From Leptospirales bacterium (GTDB lineage: Bacteria > Spirochaetota > Leptospiria > Turneriellales > JAOUFE01): a stretch of DNA of 27,210 nt. Under the pieces are notes generated by a model. It worked only from the letters and a program-made list of their open reading frames with translations, did not search any database and was not told the DNA's origin. Shown here piece by piece: positions 17,757 to 27,210 of the stretch (position 1 is its first letter; each line of letters begins with the position of its first letter). A program made the position numbers and the translations under genes. The stretch lies in assembly GCA_040326155.1 (NCBI GenBank), contig JBEQLE010000024.1, positions 20,812 through 48,021 on the forward strand. The letters run 5' to 3'.

Positions 17757-20339
17757 ATGTTTGATTTTACGAACAGAGTTAAGAAAATTATAAACGAATA
17801 CGCTCCGAAAGAAGCGAAAAGACTCGGGCACGAATATCTTGGACCGGAGCATATTTTGCTTGGGTTATTAAAAACCCAGGACTCGGTCGCGATAAAAATT
17901 ATGCAAAATTTAAACATTGATTTGCAGGAGTTGCGTAAAGAGCTGGAGAAAAGGTGCGAACATGATGGAATGACACTTCTGGTCGACCCTGGCAATAAAG
18001 ACAAAGTGCAAAAAATTCTGGAATTTTCACGTGAAGAAGCGCGAAAACTTCGACATAGTTATATTGGTTCAGAGCATATTTTGCTCGCGTTACTGCGAGA
18101 TACAACTTCTATAGCATCCTCCTCGCTTGGTTCTTTTTCAATTACCTACCAGGTTATTCGTAGTGAGTTAAACCAGACTCTCGGGCTTCCGCAAACTCCG
18201 GGTGGATTTCGCGCACAAGGTGGTACGAAAAAAGAGAGCGTTAAAACACCGATTCTGGATGAATATGCAAGAAGTCTGACAAAACTTGCGGCGGAAAAAA
18301 AGATGGATCCTGTAATTGGACGTGAGCAGGAGACAGATCGAGTTATACAGATTCTTTCGCGAAAAACTAAAAATAATCCTATTTTAATTGGCGAAGCTGG
18401 AGTTGGTAAAACTGCCGTGGTCGAAGGTTTGGCGCAGCGCATTTTGAGCCGTAAAGTTCCTGAGTCTCTTTTTGATAAGCAGGTTTATTCACTTGATGTT
18501 GCAGCCTTGATTGCCGGTACCAAATACCGAGGTGAATTTGAAGATCGTATTAAAAAGGTTATGAAAGAAGTACAAGCCAATAAAAATATTATATTATTTA
18601 TAGACGAAGTTCATACTATTATAGGCGCAGGAGCTGCTGAAGGCGCTGTTGACGCTGCCAATATACTGAAGCCGGCTCTGGCCAGAGGCGAAATACAGTG
18701 CATTGGGGCTACCACTCTAAAAGAGTATAAAAAATACATTGAACGCGACTCGGCCCTGGAAAGACGATTTCAATCTGTTATTGTAGAAGAACCTTCGGTG
18801 GAAGATACAATTCGTATTTTAACCGGTCTTCGCAAAAGTTATGAAAAGCATCATGGAGTTATCTATTCGAAAGAAAGCATTAAGAGCGCGGTCCGTCTGG
18901 CTGATCGTTTTATTAATGATCGTTATCTTCCCGATAAAGCGATTGATATTATCGATGAAGCAGGAGCTTCGGTACGCCTGAAAAGCGCCCTTATTCCAAA
19001 GGATATTAAAGAAATTGAAACCGATGTTGCCCAAATGATCAAGAATAAAAACGAAATGGTCAAATTGCAAGAATATGAAAGCGCTGCAAAACTTCGAGAC
19101 AAAATTGTTTCTAAAGAAAAAGTGCTCTCAGAGCGGATGACGCAATGGAGACGAGATCGTAAAGAGAAGCCTATTATAATAGAAGAAGAGCATATATTAC
19201 AGGTACTTGCCGAATGGACCGGACTTCCGGCGCAACAGCTGCATACATCAGAAGCGGAACGCCTGATCAACATGGAAGATGAGATTAACCAGTCTGTAAT
19301 CGGACAAACCGAGGCTGTAGAAAAGATTTCACGCGCTGTAAAAAGAGCCAGAACAGGGATGAAAGATCCGAAATCGCCCATTGGTTCGTTTATTTTTCTT
19401 GGTCCAACAGGCGTAGGTAAAACGGAACTCGCTAAATCGTTGGCAGAATTTATGTTTGGCGATGAAGAAGCTCTACTTCGTTACGATATGAGCGAGTACA
19501 TGGAAATGCATTCTGTGTCGAAATTTATTGGCTCGCCTCCGGGCTATGTTGGTTACGAAGAAGGGGGGCAGTTGACAGAAGCGGTTCGCCGACACCCTTA
19601 TTCGGTACTTCTTTTTGATGAAATTGAAAAAGCCCACTCGGAGATTCAAAATATTCTATTGCAATTGCTCGATGAAGGCACTTTAACCGATACAATGGGA
19701 AATGAAGTCGATTTTCGAGAAACTGTTATTATTTTAACTTCGAATCTGGGGGCCAGAAACCTGATGAAAGGGGGCCGCGTTGGTTTTGATGAAGAAAAAA
19801 CCCGCATTGACTCTAAAAAAGAGCAGGTGCTCGAAGAGTTAAAACGCCATTTCTCCCCTGAATTCTTAAATCGGGTGGACGACGTTATTGTTTTTAACTC
19901 CCTTACCAGGGAAGATATACTGAAAATTGTCGATTTAATGATCGATGATATTAATATGAATATTATTCACCAGGAGATGTTTCTTAAGCTAAATAAAGAA
20001 GCGCGTGAATACCTGGCAGACAAAGGTTTCAGTGAATCGAATGGAGCTCGTCCGCTTCGTAGACTGCTCAGAAAAGAAATTGAAGATGTACTGGCCGACC
20101 TTGTGTTAAAGAAAAAAACAACCGGGGCGTTTCAGTTTAACGTTACTACCGATAAAGACAAAAAAGAACTTAAATTTCGTGCGGTTAAAATTGACGATAA
20201 AAAACTTGAAAAATTAAAAGAAGAGTATTTGTCAGCCGAAGAGAGTATCGAAAGCTATTGGGACGACGAACAAGAAGATGCACCGCCTTCTAAAGAAGAG
20301 ACAGTCGCGAAAGATCGACCTGAGCTGGCGTCTACCTGA
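17757..20339 (+). CDS. clpC: ATP-dependent Clp protease ATP-binding subunit ClpC
   Basis: Two Clp-N repeats ([18 protein letters not shown]); Walker A motifs GEAGVGKT and GPTGVGKT; short UVR-type M domain ([11 protein letters not shown]); ClpP-docking loop VGF. Start moved from track TTG 17646 to in-frame ATG 17757 ([10 protein letters not shown]), preceded by AAGGT. Confidence 0.95.
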   Translation: MFDFTNRVKKIINEYAPKEAKRLGHEYLGPEHILLGLLKTQDSVAIKIMQNLNIDLQELRKELEKRCEHDGMTLLVDPGNKDKVQKILEFSREEARKLRHSYIGSEHILLALLRDTTSIASSSLGSFSITYQVIRSELNQTLGLPQTPGGFRAQGGTKKESVKTPILDEYARSLTKLAAEKKMDPVIGREQETDRVIQILSRKTKNNPILIGEAGVGKTAVVEGLAQRILSRKVPESLFDKQVYSLDVAALIAGTKYRGEFEDRIKKVMKEVQANKNIILFIDEVHTIIGAGAAEGAVDAANILKPALARGEIQCIGATTLKEYKKYIERDSALERRFQSVIVEEPSVEDTIRILTGLRKSYEKHHGVIYSKESIKSAVRLADRFINDRYLPDKAIDIIDEAGASVRLKSALIPKDIKEIETDVAQMIKNKNEMVKLQEYESAAKLRDKIVSKEKVLSERMTQWRRDRKEKPIIIEEEHILQVLAEWTGLPAQQLHTSEAERLINMEDEINQSVIGQTEAVEKISRAVKRARTGMKDPKSPIGSFIFLGPTGVGKTELAKSLAEFMFGDEEALLRYDMSEYMEMHSVSKFIGSPPGYVGYEEGGQLTEAVRRHPYSVLLFDEIEKAHSEIQNILLQLLDEGTLTDTMGNEVDFRETVIILTSNLGARNLMKGGRVGFDEEKTRIDSKKEQVLEELKRHFSPEFLNRVDDVIVFNSLTREDILKIVDLMIDDINMNIIHQEMFLKLNKEAREYLADKGFSESNGARPLRRLLRKEIEDVLADLVLKKKTTGAFQFNVTTDKDKKELKFRAVKIDDKKLEKLKEEYLSAEESIESYWDDEQEDAPPSKEETVAKDRPELAST

Positions 20340-20340
20340 T

Positions 20341-21285
20341 TTGGATAAGCATAAATCAGTTCTTTTACATGAATTTCTGGAGCTTAGCTCTGGTTATAAA
20401 AACTCTTCGCTCTGGGACGGCACGCTCGGCGCAGCAGGCCATTTCAGACATTGGTTGCAACAACATCCAGATGGTTTTGGATATGGTTCAGATACGGACC
20501 CCCAGATGTTGGCTATGTTTTCTCCCCGGCTTATCAATGATAAAAGTGTAGAAGGGCGATTCGAATTGGCGAAGGGGGAGTATTCGCAGAATCCTTTTTC
20601 TCATAACGCCCCTTTTGATCTAATATTTCTCGATCTCGGTATTTCGTCACTACACCTAGATGAGTTTCAAAGGGGAATTAGTTTTCGTGATGAACAACCG
20701 CTCGACATGCGTCTGGACCCGACAAGTGGAGAACCGCTTTCGGAGTATTTAAAAACGGCCAGGTTTGAAGATTTGCTTCGCATTCTCAGTAATTACGGTG
20801 AAGAAAAACTCGCAGCGCGCATAGCCAAAGGCATTATAGATACCCGAGAAAAAGAAGATATAGTAACAAATGCCCAGTTGCGTAAAATTTGTGAAGATAC
20901 CTACCCGGCAGCGTGGAAATTACGCGGCGATTCTCATTCGAAACGGAACCCGGCTGTAAAAACTTTTCAGGCATTTCGTATTTATATCAATAATGAACTC
21001 GATAATCTCGAAAAAGCGCTTGCTTTTATACCCGAGCTTCTGGCCCCCGGCGGTCGGTTGTTTATAATTACCTTTCACTCTTTGGAAGATCGCCTTGTAA
21101 AACACTCGTTTATTGAAAGAACCAGGGTTCGTGACCTCTCACCCACCGCAAAAAGCTACTACCAGGATGGTGATTTCAAGATCATCACAAAAAAGCCAAT
21201 AGAACCTACCGAAGCTGAGAAAGAAGAAAACCCGAGATCGCGTTCCGCTAAAATGCGTGTATTGGAGAGGAGAATGAAGAGTTAA
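20341..21285 (+). CDS. rsmH: 16S rRNA m4C1402 methyltransferase RsmH (MraW)
   Basis: HKSVLLHE, DGTLGAAGH, DLGISSLHLD...RGISF...PLDMRLD, YGEE, FQAFRIYINNEL, ITFHSLEDRLVK, NPRSRSAKMR. The likely start is TTG 20341, just after the clpC stop; track start 20278 overlaps clpC. Confidence 0.95.
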   Translation: MDKHKSVLLHEFLELSSGYKNSSLWDGTLGAAGHFRHWLQQHPDGFGYGSDTDPQMLAMFSPRLINDKSVEGRFELAKGEYSQNPFSHNAPFDLIFLDLGISSLHLDEFQRGISFRDEQPLDMRLDPTSGEPLSEYLKTARFEDLLRILSNYGEEKLAARIAKGIIDTREKEDIVTNAQLRKICEDTYPAAWKLRGDSHSKRNPAVKTFQAFRIYINNELDNLEKALAFIPELLAPGGRLFIITFHSLEDRLVKHSFIERTRVRDLSPTAKSYYQDGDFKIITKKPIEPTEAEKEENPRSRSAKMRVLERRMKS

Positions 21286-21443
21286 TTATAAGGAAGGAAA
21301 TTAGCCACGAAGGGGGCGACTCGGTCTGGTAGACGAGCGCGACCTAAGTAGATTAATATTTTTATGTGCAGTTATCAGTTATAAATAACTATTAACGTAA
21401 TCAAAAAAAAATTATTTTTGAATCTAGCGTCCATAAAAAACAC

Positions 21444-21470
21444 TTAAGGAATCTGTAGTTTAGTCGATGA
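21444..21470 (+). promoter_or_regulatory. Sigma28 (FliA)-like promoter of the flgB operon
   Basis: TTAA (21444-21447), 15-nt spacer, GTCGATGA (21463-21470), compared with consensus TAAA-N15-GCCGATAA; lies directly upstream of flgB. Confidence 0.6.
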
Positions 21471-21479
21471 TAGATTAGT

Positions 21480-21914
21480 ATGATTTTTGGAAATGGAAGC
21501 TGGGGTAAAACACAATACCTCTTAGAAAGGTCGATGGACACAGAAATGGTCCGCCGTAAAGTAATTGCAAACAACATTGCAAATGCAGATGTTCCGCACT
21601 TTAAGCGCTCAGAGGTTACCTTCGAAGCCGAGCTCAGAAGGGCCCTTGATTCTGAAAGGATTGTAAAAGAAAATACGGTCCCCACACGAATGAGCCACGG
21701 AAAGCATATTCCATTTTTTAAATCTATGAATTATAAATCGGTTAGTCCTAAAAAACATTTGGATTATTTAACCACCATGCGTAATGATGGCAATAACATT
21801 GATCCTGAAAAAGAGATTCAGGACATGTTGAAAAACCAACTGCGTTACCAGGCTTTAACCGGAATGTTAAACCACAACAACCGGGTATTACATACGGTAA
21901 TGAGACCGGCGTAA
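21480..21914 (+). CDS. flgB: Flagellar basal-body rod protein FlgB
   Basis: VIANNIANADVPHFKRSEVTFE and RNDGNNIDPEKE motifs. Confidence 0.96.
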   Translation: MIFGNGSWGKTQYLLERSMDTEMVRRKVIANNIANADVPHFKRSEVTFEAELRRALDSERIVKENTVPTRMSHGKHIPFFKSMNYKSVSPKKHLDYLTTMRNDGNNIDPEKEIQDMLKNQLRYQALTGMLNHNNRVLHTVMRPA

Positions 21915-21941
21915 TAAACACAGATAAGGAATGAACTTTAT

Positions 21942-22394
21942 ATGTTTGAAGTAATAAATACAGCTACTACCGGGTTAACAGCCCAGCGGCTTAAAATGGA
22001 TGTTATTTCTAATAATATTGCAAATGCATCGACCACACGTACAACCGAAGGTGGCGCTTATCGAAGGCGAAGGGTAGTTTTACAACCTGTGAATCTTCGT
22101 ACAAATTGGCGTTCGCCTGTGTATCCTCATGGTCTACGTACCGGAGAGGGCAAGGGTGTTCGTGTTGTGAAAATTGAACGAGATGAAAAGACCGAAATGC
22201 GTCTGGTCTTTGATCCTGGTCATCCAGATGCTATTAAAATAGGGCGCAAGAAAGGATATGTGGAATATCCTAATGTAAACCCTGTGACGGAGATGGTAGA
22301 TATGATTGCAGCGAGCCGTTCTTATGAAGCAAATGTGCAAGTTATTAACGGTTACAAAGGAATGTTTAATCAGGCGATGCAATTGATTAGGTAA
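21942..22394 (+). CDS. flgC: Flagellar basal-body rod protein FlgC
   Basis: GLTAQRLKMDVISNNIANASTTRT, DPGHPDA, GYVEYPNVNPVTEMVDMIAASRSYEAN. Confidence 0.97.
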   Translation: MFEVINTATTGLTAQRLKMDVISNNIANASTTRTTEGGAYRRRRVVLQPVNLRTNWRSPVYPHGLRTGEGKGVRVVKIERDEKTEMRLVFDPGHPDAIKIGRKKGYVEYPNVNPVTEMVDMIAASRSYEANVQVINGYKGMFNQAMQLIR

Positions 22395-22474
22395 AATTCA
22401 TGTTTTTTGGCTATATAACTAATAAAATGAATATTAAGTTGACACATTATATACATGTTGCTAGGAGGTAACTG

Positions 22475-22822
22475 ATGATTAACGACAAAGTTGGATTAAA
22501 CGTTCTACAGAACATAGGGAAAGGAGACATAATCCAAATGAGGGTTATGGATGAGCGTCATACAAATGACCTGCCAATACAAAAAACTCCAGATTCAACA
22601 GCGCTGAATTTTGCTGAATTAATGAATCGCGCTTTACAAAAAGTGAATGATCAATCTGTAACGGCAGAAAAACTGCAACAACAGATGATTAGCGACCCGA
22701 CATCCGTCCAAATGCATACGGTTACTATCGCGGCAGAAAAAGCGAGAATGGCTCTTACTTTTACCAAAACAGTAACTGACCTTGCAGTAAAAACATATAG
22801 AGATTTAGTTAATTTAAGATAA
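22475..22822 (+). CDS. fliE: Flagellar hook-basal body protein FliE
   Basis: FAELMNRALQKVNDQ...HTVTIAAEKARMAL......DLAVKTYRDL; Shine-Dalgarno AGGAGGT upstream; follows flgC. Confidence 0.93.
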   Translation: MINDKVGLNVLQNIGKGDIIQMRVMDERHTNDLPIQKTPDSTALNFAELMNRALQKVNDQSVTAEKLQQQMISDPTSVQMHTVTIAAEKARMALTFTKTVTDLAVKTYRDLVNLR

Positions 22823-22898
22823 TCGAAATGGTCTAAAGGGAACCTGGAACTAGTATATAGTATTGAAGCAAGATCTACTCTTGCCAAAGGAAATGACC

Positions 22899-24581
22899 AT
22901 GCCCGATTTTAAAAAGATTTTTGATAACCTTGTTGCGGCTGTAAAGAAGCTAGACACTACGAAGAGGATAGTTCTTGGAGCGGTAGCATTAACCGTCATT
23001 ATATCGCTTGCTCTGATCGGTTCTATTTCTGGTTCAGACTCTCGAACGGTTTTATTTAAAAACCTGGAAGTTTCTGAATTTGCAAAAATCAGCCAAAAAC
23101 TCGGAGAGATGAATTATCATTTCTCTTCTTCGGGAACGGATACTATTTTTGTCGATCCGAATAAATTCCAGGAGATTATTGTTGCTTTGTCACAAGAAGA
23201 CATGATTCCGGCGGGTGTGCCTGCCTGGGAGCTTTTTGATGAAGAAAAATGGTCCGAAACTCAGTACGAAAAAGAGATTAAGAAAACGCGTGCTTTAAGC
23301 GGCGCCATATCTCGAACACTGGCTAAATTAAAACCTGTTGAAAAAGCAGATGTATCGATAGCCTTTCCAAAAGCCGATATTTTTACCGATACAATGGACC
23401 CGGTAACTGCGGGTGTTGTTGTTCATTATATTCCCGGAGTAGACAAGCTTTCAAAAAAAGAAGTCGAAGGTATTGTTACTCTGATTAGCCGGGCAGTTAC
23501 CGGTTTAAAGAAAGAAAACATTAGTATTATAGGGCCCAATGGCGAAGAGTTGAATAACTTTGACGACATCGTCGAAATGGAGAAATGGGAACTTGAGTCT
23601 GTAACCCGGAAAATGAAAATTGAAGAGAAGCAACGAATAAAGCTTCTAAACGATATTCGCAAGTCACTGGATTATGCCTATGGCGCCGATCGTGCTGACA
23701 TCGTCCGTTTGGATGTTCGTTTAAATTGGGACAAGGAAGTTATTGACGCCGAAGAGTATACGCCGATTGTAAAAAGACCGGATAATCCGGAGACTCCTTA
23801 TTCTGAGCTTGAAACCCAGGACAATATACAGATTTCTTCGAAAGATACTAAAGAAGAGTTCCAGGGAAAAGGGTTTACCCCCGAAGGCCCCGCAGGAACC
23901 GAAGCCAATATTCCACCGGGTTATAAAGATGTAGATTACCAGAAATCAAATTATATCAAAACAGAGACAATTCATAATAATGTAGTTAATAAAACAATAC
24001 GTAAAATTGATAAACAACTCTGGGAAAGAGAGAGTGTAAACCTTGCCGTAATTTTAGACGGTCACTGGAAAAGAAAAGGTATTAACGAAGAAGGTGACGC
24101 CTATATTCGCGAATATACCGAGATCAGTGACGAAGAGATTGCAAATGTAACTACTCTTTTGAAGAATGCTGTCGGCTATTCCATAGCCAGAGGCGATCAG
24201 GTTTCTGTTAAGCATATTAAGAAAGATCGTACCGCCGAACATTACGATGAAGATGAAGAGCTTCGTAAGAAACAGGCTTTTCGGAAAATGCTGATGGCGA
24301 CACTGTTTTCTCTTTTGGGTCTCGTAATTATAGTTATTGTATATCAGGTTGTTCGTCGGGAAATTGAAAAACGACGGAGAATGAAAGAAGAAGAGCTTGC
24401 CGCACAACAGCAAATGATGCGTGAAGCGGCCTTACGCGCCATTGAAGATGAAGGCGTGGAAGTTGAACTTTCTCTGGAAGAAAAAGCTCGTAAAGAGATG
24501 ATCGAAAATGCAATTAACCTGGCAAAAGACCGACCTGAAGAAGTTGCTCAGCTTCTACGAACCTGGTTAGCCGAAGATTAA
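22899..24581 (+). CDS. fliF: Flagellar MS-ring protein FliF
   Basis: Two transmembrane segments; WELFD...WSETQYEK...RALSGAISRT; AVGYSIARGDQVSV; C-terminal PEEVAQLLRTWL. Start set at ATG 22899 after AAGGA; the track uses TTG 22863. Confidence 0.95.
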   Translation: MPDFKKIFDNLVAAVKKLDTTKRIVLGAVALTVIISLALIGSISGSDSRTVLFKNLEVSEFAKISQKLGEMNYHFSSSGTDTIFVDPNKFQEIIVALSQEDMIPAGVPAWELFDEEKWSETQYEKEIKKTRALSGAISRTLAKLKPVEKADVSIAFPKADIFTDTMDPVTAGVVVHYIPGVDKLSKKEVEGIVTLISRAVTGLKKENISIIGPNGEELNNFDDIVEMEKWELESVTRKMKIEEKQRIKLLNDIRKSLDYAYGADRADIVRLDVRLNWDKEVIDAEEYTPIVKRPDNPETPYSELETQDNIQISSKDTKEEFQGKGFTPEGPAGTEANIPPGYKDVDYQKSNYIKTETIHNNVVNKTIRKIDKQLWERESVNLAVILDGHWKRKGINEEGDAYIREYTEISDEEIANVTTLLKNAVGYSIARGDQVSVKHIKKDRTAEHYDEDEELRKKQAFRKMLMATLFSLLGLVIIVIVYQVVRREIEKRRRMKEEELAAQQQMMREAALRAIEDEGVEVELSLEEKARKEMIENAINLAKDRPEEVAQLLRTWLAED

Positions 24582-24599
24582 AAGTAAGGAAGGCAACCA

Positions 24600-25523
24600 A
24601 TGTCGAGAATAATATTTCGCTCGCAGGAAGTAAAGAAAACCAATGAGCCGGTAATGCTTGAATTACCGGACAGGTATAAAAAATATCAACAATTAGATGA
24701 ATTGGCTGAATTCGAACTCGATTCGGCCGGTAATATTGTAGAGCAATACACCGGACCCACCATCGAAGAAATTGAACGGGAGCTTGAACGCTATCGGGAA
24801 GAGACTGAGAGAGAAATTCAGGAAAAACTTCGAGAAGCCGATACGAAAAAAGCAACTATTATCGATGAGGGCAAGGCAGAAGCATTTCGTTATATACAAG
24901 ATTCAAAAGAAAAGGTAAAAAGGGAACAAGAGAGTATTAAGTTTGAAGCTGATCAAATTATAGAAAGAGCCAAACTTGAAGTAGAAAAAATGGTGAAAGA
25001 GGCGGAGCTTCGCGCCTCTGAAATCGAACATGAAGCTTACCAGAAAGGCTATAACGCTGGCCGTGAAATTGGCTACAGAGAAGGGCAGGGTGAGGTTCGC
25101 CGTTTAATCGATCGTCTCGGAACGATTTTAGGTCACGCCATTGATGTTCGTGAACAGGTAATTAAAGAGTCTGAAAAACAGATGGTCGAAATGATCTTAA
25201 TTATTGCCAGAAAAGTTATAAAAGATGAGATTGTCGAAAGAAAAGAAGTTGTACTGAATAATATTCGCGAAGCGTTATCTCGAATTAAAGAGAGAGACCG
25301 TATTGACATTCGTGTGAATTTTGCTGACCTTGAGTTAACCACAGCTCACAAAGATGAAGTTGTGAAAATGATGGAGTCTCTGCGAAAAGTAAATATTTAC
25401 GAAGATTCACGAGTCGACCGCGGTGGAGTTATTATCGAAACAGATGTAGGCGCAATTGACGCTCGAATTTCTACCCAGCTGAAAGAGATTGAAGAAGCTA
25501 TACGCGACGCCAAGCCGGTATAA
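24600..25523 (+). CDS. fliH: Flagellar assembly protein FliH
   Basis: Coiled coil with AxxxGxxxG repeats (AYQKGYNAGREIGYREG); C-terminal EDSRVDRGGVIIETDVGAIDARISTQL. Confidence 0.95.
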   Translation: MSRIIFRSQEVKKTNEPVMLELPDRYKKYQQLDELAEFELDSAGNIVEQYTGPTIEEIERELERYREETEREIQEKLREADTKKATIIDEGKAEAFRYIQDSKEKVKREQESIKFEADQIIERAKLEVEKMVKEAELRASEIEHEAYQKGYNAGREIGYREGQGEVRRLIDRLGTILGHAIDVREQVIKESEKQMVEMILIIARKVIKDEIVERKEVVLNNIREALSRIKERDRIDIRVNFADLELTTAHKDEVVKMMESLRKVNIYEDSRVDRGGVIIETDVGAIDARISTQLKEIEEAIRDAKPV

Positions 25524-25544
25524 AACAGAATAAGGTTAAGCAAT

Positions 25545-26915
25545 ATGATTAACAAGAAAATAATACAGCCGGTTCATTTACTCGACAAGTATCGAACTAT
25601 TTTAGATAAAACGGAGCCGGTTCGTTCTTTAGGTTCGGTAAAAGAAATTATTGGTAACACTATTTATTCGACAGGCCCTGACGTTCGTTTAGGCGAGCTT
25701 TGCCATATCGAGAAAGTTGAAGATGAAAAGTATATTCAGGCAGAGGTAATTGGTTTTAAAAACGAAACCATAATTTTAAGTCCGTTAGATACTATTACCG
25801 GAATCTATCCGGGAAGTCGTGTCTATTCGACAGGAGCGCCGTTACAAATTTCACTGGGTGAGTCTATATTAGGTCGAATTATCGACGGTTTGGGTAATTC
25901 ACTGGATTCAGCGGGAAAGCTGGTCAGCGAGGAAGTTCGTCCTCTGGAAAACAGACCACCGAATCCTCTGGAACGACCACTTATTCAAGATAGACTTGAG
26001 TTTGGTATAAAAACGATTGACTCTTTTTTAACCATCGGTAAAGGGCAGAGAATTGGAATATTTGCCGGTTCCGGAGTTGGTAAAAGTACGCTGCTTGGTA
26101 TGGTTGCACGGTATGCTCAGGCCGATGTAAACGTAATTGCCATGATTGGTGAGCGTGGTAGAGAAGTAGCTGAATTTATAAAAAATGATCTTGGTGAAAT
26201 TGGTCTAAAAAAATCGGTTCTTGTGGTGGCTTCCTCGAATGAAAGTCCTATGCACAGAGTTCGAGCCGCTTTTATGGCAACTACAATTGCCGAATATTTT
26301 CGCGATAAAGGTAAAGATGTTTTATTGTTAATGGACTCTTTGACTCGTCTGGCCATGGCGCAGCGTGAAATTGGTTTATCAGCAGGTGAACCGGCAGCGA
26401 CAAAGGGTTATCCACCATCAGCATTTGCGCTTTTACCTGAGCTTTTAGAGCGGGCGGGTACGGCAAAAGTCGGCACCATTACCGGTGTCTATACCGTTCT
26501 AGCAGAGGCGGACGATATGAACGATCCTATTGTGGACGCAGCTCGCGGGGTTCTCGACGGGCATATTGTATTGTCTCGTAACCTTGCTATGAAATCGATT
26601 TATCCGGCGATTGATGTACCGGCTTCTATCAGTAGAAGTATGGTAAATGTTACCGATTCTGCGCAACAAACCATGTCTGCAACACTGCGACAAATGATGG
26701 CAGAATATGCTGAGAATGAAGAAATTATTAACCTGGGCGCTTATGTAAGAGGCGCGAATCCTATTTTAGATAATGCAATAAAAATATTGAATCCGTTACG
26801 AAATTTCATGAAACAGAAAGTCAATGACTATCAGAATTATGAGACTACTATGGAACAAATGAAAGCCCTATATAAAATGATTGCAACAGAAGCAGACCTG
26901 AAAAAAGCCGGTTAA
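25545..26915 (+). CDS. fliI: Flagellar export ATPase FliI
   Basis: GKGQRIGIFAGSGVGKSTLL, IGERGREV, LLMDSLTR, GEP.ATKGYPPS, LDGHIVLSR. Confidence 0.97.
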   Translation: MINKKIIQPVHLLDKYRTILDKTEPVRSLGSVKEIIGNTIYSTGPDVRLGELCHIEKVEDEKYIQAEVIGFKNETIILSPLDTITGIYPGSRVYSTGAPLQISLGESILGRIIDGLGNSLDSAGKLVSEEVRPLENRPPNPLERPLIQDRLEFGIKTIDSFLTIGKGQRIGIFAGSGVGKSTLLGMVARYAQADVNVIAMIGERGREVAEFIKNDLGEIGLKKSVLVVASSNESPMHRVRAAFMATTIAEYFRDKGKDVLLLMDSLTRLAMAQREIGLSAGEPAATKGYPPSAFALLPELLERAGTAKVGTITGVYTVLAEADDMNDPIVDAARGVLDGHIVLSRNLAMKSIYPAIDVPASISRSMVNVTDSAQQTMSATLRQMMAEYAENEEIINLGAYVRGANPILDNAIKILNPLRNFMKQKVNDYQNYETTMEQMKALYKMIATEADLKKAG

Positions 26916-26921
26916 CGATAA

Positions 26922-27210
26922 ATGAAAAAATTTAAATTTAAACTTGAACCGCTTCTGAAAATTCGGCGTTTTGAAGAAAAGCAAAAATATATGGAATTTT
27001 CAAAAATACTATTAAAATATAATGAAACAAATTTTGAAATTCAAAATGCAGACGTCGTACGTATTTCGAATTTAAAAAAAGAAGCCAAAAATATGGCCAT
27101 GGACCGATTCGACCTTTCTAATGTTGTGGCGACACGAAATTATTTAAAACAGATCTCATTAAAAAAGAGCGTTGCCGAACGAAAGAAAGTTGATCTATCG
27201 GGGGAGTACC
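26922..27210 (+). CDS. fliJ: Flagellar export chaperone FliJ (truncated by the window edge)
   Basis: Not in the ORF track. Manual translation MKKFKFKLEPLLKIRRFEEKQK... has the typical FliJ start FxFxLxxLLxxR; 6 nt after fliI; open to the end of the window. Confidence 0.88.
   Translation, partial: MKKFKFKLEPLLKIRRFEEKQKYMEFSKILLKYNETNFEIQNADVVRISNLKKEAKNMAMDRFDLSNVVATRNYLKQISLKKSVAERKKVDLSGEY

Noticed and set aside
18146..19381. Antisense ORFs of 83-152 aa inside clpC, and similar short shadow ORFs in the giant gene, fliF, fliH and fliI
   Set aside because: They are fully nested on the opposite strand or in another frame of clear genes, and show no family motifs; expected codon-bias shadows.
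20278..20340. RsmH start overlapping clpC by 62 nt
   Set aside because: RsmH homology begins at HKSVLLHE, so TTG 20341 fits better.
21301..21378. 25-codon minus-strand frame (LITAHKNINLLRSRSSTRPSRPLRG) over the GC-rich island
   Set aside because: It has no ATG/GTG/TTG start or RBS; RNA structure is a simpler explanation.
22439..22470. TTGACA upstream of fliE as an internal promoter
   Set aside because: There is no convincing -10 at 16-18 nt; that position is occupied by the Shine-Dalgarno.
1..27210. tRNA/rRNA genes, CRISPR arrays, IS or prophage elements
   Set aside because: The window is almost fully protein-coding with short spacers. I saw no cloverleaf, repeat-spacer pattern, transposase or integrase.

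Overview
AT-rich bacterial chromosomal window whose protein styles (ClpC, FliF/FliH, GspG, lipoboxes) look spirochaetal, most like Leptospirales (inference). It has two divergent blocks meeting at about 17.53-17.76 kb. The minus-strand block reads in transcription order: a 2671-aa lipoprotein (TolB/PD40 beta-propeller, long TPR solenoid, degenerate CHAT-like segments); type II secretion pseudopilins GspG-H-I-J with no other gsp genes; a 931-aa exported protein whose C-terminal CHAT (caspase-like) domain appears to lack its His/Cys dyad; a small lipoprotein; a MoaD/ThiS-like sulfur carrier, a stand-alone NIL domain and a TauE/SafE transporter; a Yip1-like membrane protein; a PilZ protein; uppP; and a truncated Pro/Glu-rich ORF. 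The plus-strand block holds clpC, rsmH (outside a dcw cluster) and flgB-flgC-fliE-fliF-fliH-fliI-fliJ(partial), lacking fliG. I saw no RNA genes, CRISPR arrays or mobile elements. The best candidate for an undescribed system is the orphan pseudopilin cassette flanked by two exported TPR/pseudo-CHAT proteins. The second is the MoaD-NIL-TauE sulfur module. All domain calls come from reading motifs by eye; no searches were run.
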